Assembly (NCBI GenBank): GCA_038852105.1
Contig: JAWCKK010000006.1
Coordinates: forward strand, 16,072 to 80,071
DNA length: 64,000 nucleotides
Origin: Thermoplasmata archaeon
GTDB lineage: Archaea > Thermoplasmatota > Thermoplasmata > UBA10834 > DTMW01
Direction: 5' to 3'
Position 1 is the stretch's first letter. Every line of letters begins with the position of its first letter. This document shows, piece after piece, positions 38,187 to 46,884 of the stretch. A program made the translations under genes and the position numbers. The notes beneath the pieces were generated by a model. It was not told where the DNA came from, ran no database searches, and saw only the letters and a list, made by a program, of their open reading frames with translations.

Positions 38187-40166
38187 ATGGAAATGTCCGA
38201 AGCTGTTTCTGAGAAGTCCCAATTGGGGCTTTCCGATATAGACGACTGGATAAAATCCCAGGATTTCAAGACGTCGGCCGAAATACAGATACCCAAGAGG
38301 CTGGTCGACCAGGTCATCGGCCAGGATGACGCCGTCCTGGTGATCAAGAAAGCCGCGGAGCAGAAGAGGCACGTCATCTTGATAGGGGATCCCGGGACTG
38401 GCAAGTCGATGCTCGCGAGGAGCATGGTCGAGTTCCTCCCCAAGGGAGAGATGCAGGATGTCATCGCGTATCACAATCCAGACGATCCCAACGAGCCGAA
38501 GATACGGGTGGTCCCAGCGGGGAAGGGCAAGGAGATAGTCGACATCCAGAAGAAGGAGGCAGCCCAGCGGAGAGAGCAGAGGAACTCCGCGCTCACTTTC
38601 CTCATACTGCTCGTCGTGATGATGGCCGTGATGGGCGCGATATTCATGCAGGACGCCACTATCGCGATTCTCGGATTCATAGCGGCGATATTCCTTCTCA
38701 TCCTGTTCAGATATAGCAACCCGAAGAAGGAGTCGATAATGGTTCCTAAGCTTCTCATCAGCCATTCGCCCGATGAGATGCCGCCGTTCATAGACGCGAC
38801 GGGCGCTCACGCCGGTGCGCTGTTGGGGGATGTGAAGCACGACCCGTTCCAGAGCGGAGGGCTGGAGACCCCTGCTCATGAGAGGCTGGAGCCAGGAGCC
38901 ATCCACAAGGCGAACAAGGGCGTGCTGTTCATCGACGAGATAAACATGCTCAGGATCGAGAGCCAGCAAAGTCTGCTTACGGCCCTGCAGGAGGGCAAGT
39001 TCAGTATACTCGGACAAAGCGAGCGCAGCTCGGGCGCGATGGTGAAGTCCGAGCCCGTGCCTACTGATTTCATACTCGTCGCGGCAGGCAACCTCGATGC
39101 CGTTGCCGGCATGCATCCCGCGCTGAGGTCAAGGATACGCGGGTACGGGTACGAGATATACATGCGCAGCACGATGCCCGACAACGACGAGAACAGGCAG
39201 AAGCTGATAAGGTTCGTCGCCCAGGAGGTCGCGAAGGACAAGAAGATCCCGCACTTCAGCAAGGGCGCTGTTGCCGAGATAATCCGGGAGGCCCAGAGGC
39301 GCTCGGGTAGGCGCGGCCAGCTGACGCTCCGGCTCAGGGAACTGGGGGGGCTGATACGGGTCGCCGGGGACATAGCGGTCGAACAGGGTGCGCAAATAGT
39401 TGACGCTAATCACGTGCTTCAGGCCAAGGTCATCGCAAGAAGCCTGGAACAGCAAGTGACCGACAGGGCCATCGAGAAGCGGAAGGAGTACAAGACCTGC
39501 ATGACCGAGGGCGCCATTGTTGGCGTCGTGAACGGTCTCGCCGTGTTGAATGCCGAATCGAGCATGGCTGAGTTCTCCGGGCTGGTCATGCCCATAGTCG
39601 CCGAGGTAACTCCCGCCCAGACGAAGGAGGGCGGAAGGATCATCGCAACTGGCAAGCTCGGGGAAATAGCGAAAGAGTCTGTCCAGAACGTCTCGGCGCT
39701 CATAAAGAAATACACCGGGGAGGACATCAGCAATCACGACATTCACGTGCAGTTCATCGGCACATATGAGGGAGTCGAGGGAGACAGTGCTTCCGTATCC
39801 GTTGCGACCGCGGTCATATCCGCGCTCGAGAACGTAGAGGTCGACCAGAGCGTCGCGATGACCGGCAGTCTGTCCGTCAGAGGGCAGGTCCTGCCAGTGG
39901 GCGGAATAACTGCCAAAATAGAGGCTGCGGCCGAGATGGGGCTGAAGACCGTTCTTATCCCGAAGGAGAACATGAAGGACGTTCTGCTGGAGGACAAGTA
40001 CATCGGAAAGATAAAGGTCATACCTGTGGAGACCCTCAGAGACGTGCTGCAATACGCGACCGTCGGCTCGAGGAAGGACAACCTCCTGAAAAAGCTGGCA
40101 GCCCTCGTTCCGAGAGGAGCCGCCCAGGGAGGCATTATTACCTCCGACCGCCCTGTACCCCTCTGA
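38187..40166 (+). CDS. lonB: archaeal membrane-anchored Lon protease
   Basis: GDPGTGKS, two TM helices inside the AAA+ domain, LFIDE, GDSAS...K Ser-Lys dyad. Confidence 0.96.
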   Translation: MEMSEAVSEKSQLGLSDIDDWIKSQDFKTSAEIQIPKRLVDQVIGQDDAVLVIKKAAEQKRHVILIGDPGTGKSMLARSMVEFLPKGEMQDVIAYHNPDDPNEPKIRVVPAGKGKEIVDIQKKEAAQRREQRNSALTFLILLVVMMAVMGAIFMQDATIAILGFIAAIFLLILFRYSNPKKESIMVPKLLISHSPDEMPPFIDATGAHAGALLGDVKHDPFQSGGLETPAHERLEPGAIHKANKGVLFIDEINMLRIESQQSLLTALQEGKFSILGQSERSSGAMVKSEPVPTDFILVAAGNLDAVAGMHPALRSRIRGYGYEIYMRSTMPDNDENRQKLIRFVAQEVAKDKKIPHFSKGAVAEIIREAQRRSGRRGQLTLRLRELGGLIRVAGDIAVEQGAQIVDANHVLQAKVIARSLEQQVTDRAIEKRKEYKTCMTEGAIVGVVNGLAVLNAESSMAEFSGLVMPIVAEVTPAQTKEGGRIIATGKLGEIAKESVQNVSALIKKYTGEDISNHDIHVQFIGTYEGVEGDSASVSVATAVISALENVEVDQSVAMTGSLSVRGQVLPVGGITAKIEAAAEMGLKTVLIPKENMKDVLLEDKYIGKIKVIPVETLRDVLQYATVGSRKDNLLKKLAALVPRGAAQGGIITSDRPVPL

Positions 40167-40176
40167 AAAATCAAGG

Positions 40177-40698
40177 ATGTGGTTCTGCTTGAGGGGGCTT
40201 CTCATCGGCAGATATCAGCCGTTCCATAAGGGGCATCTCCAAGTCTTGAGGGAGGCACTTTCGAGATGCGACGAGCTCATCATCGGCATCGGCAGCGCCC
40301 AGGAATCGCACACGCTCGAGAATCCTTTCACCGTCGGGGAGAGGATAGAGATGATCCGGCGGTGCCTGAGCAAAAAGGACCTTTCGAGGACGATAATCGT
40401 CCCCATCTCCGATGTCAACAGGTACGCGATATGGGTGTCACATGTGAGATCCCAGGTGCCCCCGTTCCAGACGGTTTTCACGAACAACCCGCTAACGAGG
40501 TCATTGTTCGAGGAGAAGGGTTTCAAGGTATTATCGACAAAGATGTACGACCGCGAGAAATACTCGGGGACGAAGATCAGGGAACTTATGATGAAGGGCG
40601 GCAATTGGACCTCCCTGGTTCCTAAGCAGATAGTCCCTTATCTGAAGAAGCTCGATGCTGGCAAGAGGTTGATGGCATCAACTGCCAAGGACGAATAG
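40177..40698 (+). CDS. nadM: nicotinamide-nucleotide adenylyltransferase
   Basis: GRYQPFHKGH, GSAQESHTLENPFT.GER, YSGTKIR. Confidence 0.95.
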   Translation: MWFCLRGLLIGRYQPFHKGHLQVLREALSRCDELIIGIGSAQESHTLENPFTVGERIEMIRRCLSKKDLSRTIIVPISDVNRYAIWVSHVRSQVPPFQTVFTNNPLTRSLFEEKGFKVLSTKMYDREKYSGTKIRELMMKGGNWTSLVPKQIVPYLKKLDAGKRLMASTAKDE

Positions 40699-41184
40699 GT
40701 GTCGCTTATGAGATCGCCTGAGGAATCGATTGCGGAGATTCTGAGAGAGAAAGGATTGACATTGGCCGCGGCGGAGTCGTGCACTGGAGGACGGATAGGG
40801 GACAAGATAACGAATGTGCCAGGGAGCAGCGATTATTTCCTCGGAAGCGCGGTGACCTACAGCAACGATGCAAAAATGTGGATACTGGGCGTGAAGAGGA
40901 GCTCTCTCCACCGGTACGGCGCCGTGAGCGAGCAGGTGGCGAAGGAGATGGCCCTCGGTGCAATGAAGAAGTTCGGAAGCGACATCGCCGTCAGCACGAC
41001 CGGGATAGCGGGACCGACTGGTGGGTCGAAAGAAAAGCCGGTAGGGCTCGTGTGGTTCGCGGTGGCGCACGAAGACGATATCCAGACGGACAAGGAGATA
41101 TTTGCCGGTGACAGGCTGGACATCAAGGAGGCAGCGGCAATACACGCGATCGATCTCGTCATAGACTTCGTTCGAGCCTTATGA
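40699..41184 (+). CDS. pncC: CinA C-terminal domain / NMN deamidase PncC
   Basis: AESCTGG, PGSSDYF, YSNDAK, GAVSE, TGIAGPTGG..KPVG; alternative ATG at 40708. Confidence 0.9.
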   Translation: MSLMRSPEESIAEILREKGLTLAAAESCTGGRIGDKITNVPGSSDYFLGSAVTYSNDAKMWILGVKRSSLHRYGAVSEQVAKEMALGAMKKFGSDIAVSTTGIAGPTGGSKEKPVGLVWFAVAHEDDIQTDKEIFAGDRLDIKEAAAIHAIDLVIDFVRAL

Positions 41185-41254
41185 GCCCCTATTGAAATAC
41201 TCGCCGTTTCAGAAACCTTTTTTTAGCTGGAAGCGGGATTAGTGCCTCAGTCAG

Positions 41255-42106
41255 ATGTCGGATGGGAAATATATTCGGATGCCTACCGGCGTGGCAGACT
41301 TCGACAGCATCTTGAACGGTGGTCTGCCTGCAGGTTCGGTAGTGCTGTTGCTGGGAGACGTCGGTGCTGGTCAGCTGGAGTTCTGCCTGACCTCCGCGGC
41401 GAAGATAGGCCTCGTGCTCGAGAACCCGAAATCGCTCGATTTCTTCCTCGGACACGCCGCGAGACATAGCAAGCTGCCGGAGAAGCTATCATATATCACG
41501 TTCTCGAAATCAAAGCAGGATATCCTCCAGGAGGTTGCGCTATCGTTCAATCGCGATTATCTCGATTCATTGATAAAGCGATTGGAATTCCAGGATTTCT
41601 CAGAGAAGTATTTCATGAGGACCATCGTTCCTCCGCATTGGGTGCAGGAGGCGAGATCGAAGAAGCTGTTCTCTTCCGGCGGTGGCGACAAGACACTGCT
41701 TGAGGATTTTGTCGCGTTCTTCGATGAGAATTCGACAAATTCGATAATCATAGTCGACTCCTTGACGGATTTGGTGATGAACGAGTCCGTTCCCTTTTCA
41801 GACTTGATAGCCGTCCTTAAGGGCTTGAAGAGGATGGCTAAGAACTGGAAGTGCCTGATATATCTCATTTTGACGGATGACATCCTCGACAAGAAGAAGC
41901 AGCAAATGATAATCGACAGCGTTGACGGTGTCCTCAGATTCGAATGGAGCAAGACGGTGCATTCATCCAGCCGGCAGAGGTACATGTACGTCGAGAAGTT
42001 CATGCCGGTTCTTGCAACGATGGAACAGGAGAGAATAATGCGCTTCGCGACGCTTGTCACGTCTCAAAGCGGTTTCGTCGTGATTGACACTGAGAGGGTG
42101 GCGTGA
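41255..42106 (+). CDS. KaiC/RAD55-like protein with inactivated ATPase motifs
   Basis: PTGVADFDSILNGGLPAGS fold start; Walker A GDVGAGQL (no Lys); IIVDSLT; DGVL. Confidence 0.8.
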   Translation: MSDGKYIRMPTGVADFDSILNGGLPAGSVVLLLGDVGAGQLEFCLTSAAKIGLVLENPKSLDFFLGHAARHSKLPEKLSYITFSKSKQDILQEVALSFNRDYLDSLIKRLEFQDFSEKYFMRTIVPPHWVQEARSKKLFSSGGGDKTLLEDFVAFFDENSTNSIIIVDSLTDLVMNESVPFSDLIAVLKGLKRMAKNWKCLIYLILTDDILDKKKQQMIIDSVDGVLRFEWSKTVHSSSRQRYMYVEKFMPVLATMEQERIMRFATLVTSQSGFVVIDTERVA

Positions 42107-42813
42107 ATATGTCAGATGAGAAAGTATCTACCGGAATCGCGGGGCTCGACGAGATGCTCGGAGGCGGCGTTCCCAAGGGGCACATATTCGTCGTAATGGG
42201 GGCTTTCGGAACGGGCAAGACGACATTCGCTCTTCAGTACATCAATGAAGGTCTCAACCGCGGGGAGAACTGCATTTTCATATCGCTGGAAGAGGATACG
42301 AAGTCCATCCTGAAGAGCGCGGAGGCGTTCGGATGGAATCTGCAGAAGTACTTCGACGAGAGCAGGCTCGGCCTTTACAAGCTCGAGCCGGCAGATGCGA
42401 AGTCGACCATAACGAGGATCAAGAGCGAACTTCCTGCGTTCATCAAGGAGTTTAAGGCGCAACGGGTGGTCCTCGACTCTGTGTCGCTCCTGAACATGAT
42501 TCTCGAGTCCGAGCAGGAAAGGCGCACGACGATGTTCAATCTCACACAATTGTTGCGGTCCACGGGATGCACCTCCCTGCTGACGGCCGAGGTGAAAGAC
42601 GACAACCCGCGGTCTTCGAGGGACGGGCTTGTCGAGTACACCGTCGACGGCGTGATTCTGCTGCAGTACGATGAATTGCGCGAGAGCGGTGAGGGGCAAC
42701 TCACCGTAAGGATACTAAAAATGAGAAGGGCGGCCCACTCCAGAAGGATAAAACCGTACACCATCGGGAAGAATGGCATAACCGTGCTCGCGCACGCGGA
42801 AGCGCTACGCTGA
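42103..42813 (+). CDS. KaiC/RAD55-like ATPase
   Basis: STGIAGLDEMLGGG, GAFGTGKT, ISLEE, VVLDS, KMRR. Confidence 0.9.
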   Translation: MNMSDEKVSTGIAGLDEMLGGGVPKGHIFVVMGAFGTGKTTFALQYINEGLNRGENCIFISLEEDTKSILKSAEAFGWNLQKYFDESRLGLYKLEPADAKSTITRIKSELPAFIKEFKAQRVVLDSVSLLNMILESEQERRTTMFNLTQLLRSTGCTSLLTAEVKDDNPRSSRDGLVEYTVDGVILLQYDELRESGEGQLTVRILKMRRAAHSRRIKPYTIGKNGITVLAHAEALR

Positions 42814-44031
42814 TGAGGCTTTCATCTCTGCATCTATGAGGCTTCCGAGCCTCCTTATGCCCTCATCGATTTTCTCGTCCGCGGGATGTGTGAAATTCAG
42901 GCGCATAGTGTTCTTTCCGGAATCGTCCGGGAAGAAACACGACCCTTGGACGTAGGCGACCTTCCTTTCGATCGCCTTCGGGAACATCGCCTTCGTATCA
43001 ATATTCCTTTGAAGTTCGACCCAGAGAAACATCCCCCCTTTCGGGCGAGTCCATCTCGCGCTCTCGGGGAAGTATCTTTCCAGGGCGGATAGCATAATCT
43101 TCTGCTTCCTGCCATAGATTTCCTTGATTATCGGAAGCTGTCTCTCAAAATATTTTCCTTTGACGTACTCGTTTGCGATTCTCTGGCTGAACACGTTCGT
43201 GCTTACGTCCGAGGTCTGCTTCAGCAATGCGAGCTTCCTGGTCAGCTCCGCGTCCGCGACTGTCCACCCGAGCCGCATTCCGGGCGAGAGTATCTTGGAA
43301 AAGCTGCTAGTGTAAATCACCCTGCCCGAGTCGTCGAAGCTCTTGATCGGGCGTATATGCTCGCCTTCGAACCTCAAATGGCAGTACGGATCGTCCTCGA
43401 GCACGATAAAGTCGAACTCGTTCGCCAGATCCACAATGCGCCTTCTCCTGCTCTCGGACAGCGTGACCCCGGTAGGGTTCTGAAAGTTGGGGATCGTATA
43501 GAACAGTGTAGGACACATCTCCTGCTTGGCAAGGGCTCTCAATTTCTCCTCGAGCAAATCCGCCCTAACGCCGTCATCGTCCATCCCGAGCCCGATGATT
43601 CTCGCACCGTAATTTCTGAAGCAGATAAGCCCCGCGAGGAAAGTCGGGGATTCGGTCAGGACCGTCGCCCCATTATCGAGGAACAGCTCGGCTGTGAGCG
43701 CAATCGCCTGTGTTGCGCCGCTCATAATGAGGACGTTATCGATGCTGCAGTCCACCCGCTGAGAGGACATGTATTCAGCCATGGTCTCTCTCAAAGGATT
43801 GTAGCCCTCGGTGGTGCCATACTGAAGCGTGGTCACAGGCGAGTCCTCCAAGACTCTGATCGCGATTTCCTTTATCGCGGCCACCGGGAAAGTATCGGGG
43901 TTTGGCATCCCACCGGCGAATGAGATTATCTCTGGGTCCTGCATCAGTTTCAGTATCTCCCTCACATCGGAGGGCTTGACCCGTTTAGCCATATCCGAGT
44001 ACAGATGCTCGAATCGATCCATACTTGTCAA
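42805..44031 (-). CDS. PLP-dependent class I aminotransferase (LysN/ARO8-like)
   Basis: ISFAGGMP, FQNPTG, EDDPY, SFSKILSPGMRLGW, GGMFLW. Confidence 0.92.
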   Translation of the reverse strand: MTSMDRFEHLYSDMAKRVKPSDVREILKLMQDPEIISFAGGMPNPDTFPVAAIKEIAIRVLEDSPVTTLQYGTTEGYNPLRETMAEYMSSQRVDCSIDNVLIMSGATQAIALTAELFLDNGATVLTESPTFLAGLICFRNYGARIIGLGMDDDGVRADLLEEKLRALAKQEMCPTLFYTIPNFQNPTGVTLSESRRRRIVDLANEFDFIVLEDDPYCHLRFEGEHIRPIKSFDDSGRVIYTSSFSKILSPGMRLGWTVADAELTRKLALLKQTSDVSTNVFSQRIANEYVKGKYFERQLPIIKEIYGRKQKIMLSALERYFPESARWTRPKGGMFLWVELQRNIDTKAMFPKAIERKVAYVQGSCFFPDDSGKNTMRLNFTHPADEKIDEGIRRLGSLIDAEMKASSA

Positions 44032-44136
44032 ACACCGAATGTTAGGGCAATAGCGGACTGCACAATATTAATCTCTCCATGCCGATATCTTGGTTTGCGA
44101 ATATCGATCGCTGAAGCTGTATTGAGATGGAGGAAG

Positions 44137-44694
44137 ATGATGCAGACAAGCCCCGTGTCTGGACAGCAGCAAAGCAGGAACTGTGTCTATTGCAGAAGAG
44201 ATATCCCTTCTGACGCGAACATCTGCCCCTATTGCGGGTATGATTACCGATATTCTTCCGGAAGGGTCGGATACCAGGCATCCGTCAATGTGAGCGTCCC
44301 GCCGTATTATCAGGCTCAATCCTCTGCGACCGTGTCTGCTCAGAATGCCTCGTTCCCCATGATAGGTGGTATTCTGACGTTGATAGGCGGAATCCTCGGG
44401 ATCCTCTTCGGGATAGTCTATCTCTTGCTCTCCGATATGATTTCCGGCTTCGATTACATGGGAATGCTCGGAGGATTCCAAGGATTGATGGTGATTTATG
44501 GCCTGATAGGAGTGATTTTCGGCCTTGTTGGCATGGTCGGGGCGGTCTTTGCAATCAGGAAACAGTACTGGTTATTCTCGATTATCGGTACTATTTGTGT
44601 GATGATCGGCGGTTTTTCAACCATACTTCCGCTCGTCTTCGGTCTGGTCGGACTGATTCTGATAGCGCTATCGAGGAGCGAGTTCCGTAGCTGA
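44137..44694 (+). CDS. zinc-ribbon domain membrane protein
   Basis: CVYC...CPYCG, Gln/Tyr/Pro linker, four Gly-rich TM helices; GGAGGA SD. Confidence 0.75.
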   Translation: MMQTSPVSGQQQSRNCVYCRRDIPSDANICPYCGYDYRYSSGRVGYQASVNVSVPPYYQAQSSATVSAQNASFPMIGGILTLIGGILGILFGIVYLLLSDMISGFDYMGMLGGFQGLMVIYGLIGVIFGLVGMVGAVFAIRKQYWLFSIIGTICVMIGGFSTILPLVFGLVGLILIALSRSEFRS

Positions 44695-44838
44695 TTTCGA
44701 ATCGCAGCACGCTTTCCGCCTTGACAATGAGCGCGCTCATGCAGAGCAAGAAATGTATTCGGCTGCCCAAATTCCCCCAGCGAAGCCCCGACCAAAAGTA
44801 ATAAATCCATCCACTATTTAGGGCGCATCGGAGAGACC

Positions 44839-45750
44839 TTGAACCAGATGAAGCTGTTCCGCCAAGGGAAGGTCAAGGACGTATACGAGGTCGACGCGCA
44901 CACGCTCGAATTCGTTTTCACCGACAAAATCTCTGTGTTCGACAAGATCATCCCGTCGACCATACCGCACAAGGGCGAGACCCTCTGCAGGACCAGCGCG
45001 TTCTGGTTCCAGATGCTGAGGAGCCTCGGCATAAAGTCGCACTTCACCGAATTCATCCCTCCGAACAGGATGAGGGTGAAGAGAGTCGCGATTATTACGG
45101 ACTACGGCAAGATAACCAAGAAGACGACGAACTATCTCATCCCGCTGGAGGTCATATCGAGGCATTACGTGGCCGGATCGCTTTTCGACCGCGTCAAGGA
45201 TGGAAGCATCACCGCGAAAGAACTCGGATTCCCGAAGGGAAAGACGATCAAGTACGGGGACGAGCTTCCCGAGCCTATGATAGAGATGACGACGAAGCTG
45301 GAGAAATACGACCGCCCGGTGACGAAGAAGGAAGCGATGAGGATCGCCGCTCTTTCGAGGCACGAGTACAACGAGATAATCGAGACGGTGCTAAGGATAG
45401 ACGAGAGCATCGCGGAAGAGGTCGACAAGCGCGACCTGATTCATGTGGACGGCAAGAAGGAGTTTGCGTTCGACGAGGAGAGAACGCTCATGGTCGTAGA
45501 TACGTTCGGCACTGCGGACGAGGACAGATGGTGGGACTGGACGGACATGAGCAAGGGGAACTTCACCGAGCTCAGTAAGGAGTACGTCAGACAACACTAC
45601 CGCAAGATAGGATACTACGACGAACTCAAGAAAGCCAGGGCGGAGGGTAAGCCGGAGCCAAGCATACCCCCTCTTCCGGAAGACAAGGTGAATGCGGTTT
45701 CTAAATTGTACATCGATATGTTCGAGCGGATCACCGGCGAGAGCTACTGA
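44839..45750 (+). CDS. purC: SAICAR synthase
   Basis: GKVKDVY, TDKISVFD, IPHKG, PLEVISRHYVAGS, DGKKEF, DEDRWW. Confidence 0.95.
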   Translation: MNQMKLFRQGKVKDVYEVDAHTLEFVFTDKISVFDKIIPSTIPHKGETLCRTSAFWFQMLRSLGIKSHFTEFIPPNRMRVKRVAIITDYGKITKKTTNYLIPLEVISRHYVAGSLFDRVKDGSITAKELGFPKGKTIKYGDELPEPMIEMTTKLEKYDRPVTKKEAMRIAALSRHEYNEIIETVLRIDESIAEEVDKRDLIHVDGKKEFAFDEERTLMVVDTFGTADEDRWWDWTDMSKGNFTELSKEYVRQHYRKIGYYDELKKARAEGKPEPSIPPLPEDKVNAVSKLYIDMFERITGESY

Positions 45751-46724
45751 TCGCCGACGTACAACAGCCTTCTGAACTTCGAATCCCAGATCCAGCTATC
45801 GTCGGTCGACGCTTCCTTTCTCTTTATCAGCATGTAGTCGAGCTTCGCATCGAAATCATCGGCGTAGTGCACGGTGAGCGCCTCGGGTATCGCGGGCTCC
45901 ACCGGGGAGCCCCAATCCCTCTTCCCGTGATGGCTCAGGATTATGTGGAGCACCTTGTTCTCCAGCTCCTCGGGGAAACCCTCGATTTCCCTGATCTTGT
46001 TCTTGACGAAGTCCATACCTATCACGAGGTGCCCAAGGAACTTGCCCGCCTCCGTCTGGTCGATATTAGTTGTAACCTTGAAAGCCTCGACCTTGCCTAC
46101 GTCGTGCAATAGAGCTCCGGAAAGCAAGAGGTCACGGTCCATCTCCTTGTAGTGCTCCCAGGCGAGCATGCAGTGCTCGGCGACGTTCAACGTGTGATAT
46201 ATCAGGCCGCCGAGTTCGTTCGAGTGTAGCATTATCGATGCAGGGCAGCGCGAGAACTCCTCCATGAAAGACTCGTCGTCGAAAACCTTGTGCAGCAGCT
46301 CTGACAGTTTCGGATCCTTGACGGAACCCATTCTTTCTCTCAGAAGGGCCCTGAGCCGGGGTATATCCTCCCTTGTCGGTATCAGCTCCCTTATGTCGTA
46401 TTCGCCATCCTTCAATACTTGGATTCCTTCGCCGTCCTTCGGGTTTATCGCGAGCTCCATCTGATTCTTGTATTCGCTCACGGTCCCCCTTACCTTGACG
46501 ACCGCGTCCTCGCCTATCGAATCGTAGGCCCGCATGACCTCTGCCTGGTCCTCTCCTCCCCAGTACTTGGCGGTCATCTGTCCAGTATTGTCCGCCAGCC
46601 TGAACTCGAACATGGTGCCGAATTTGTAGACCGTTATCGGTTTGGTGTAATGCACCGAGAAGACGCCTTCGATTCTGTCACCCTTCTTCATTTCGGCTAT
46701 CTTCTTTCTCGAATATCCCTGCAT
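45744..46724 (-). CDS. yhaM: YhaM-like OB-fold + HD domain 3'-5' exonuclease
   Basis: N-terminal OB fold, CPAS..LH...GGL.YHT, LLHDVGK, ILSHHG..WGSP, YADDFDAK. Confidence 0.85.
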   Translation of the reverse strand: MQGYSRKKIAEMKKGDRIEGVFSVHYTKPITVYKFGTMFEFRLADNTGQMTAKYWGGEDQAEVMRAYDSIGEDAVVKVRGTVSEYKNQMELAINPKDGEGIQVLKDGEYDIRELIPTREDIPRLRALLRERMGSVKDPKLSELLHKVFDDESFMEEFSRCPASIMLHSNELGGLIYHTLNVAEHCMLAWEHYKEMDRDLLLSGALLHDVGKVEAFKVTTNIDQTEAGKFLGHLVIGMDFVKNKIREIEGFPEELENKVLHIILSHHGKRDWGSPVEPAIPEALTVHYADDFDAKLDYMLIKRKEASTDDSWIWDSKFRRLLYVGDQ

Positions 46725-46884
46725 CCTCTAACCCCCTGCCGTTCTTCTGATGGAGCCGCCCGAAGCGCGTGCTCAATCGCCTTGCCGCAGCAGGCAGCTC
46801 CTCTCAGTGCATGCGACAGGCGAGATATCAATGCACAACGCTACAGGTAATGCAACAGCAAATGCCCGTTCTGCCGTAAAAGAA

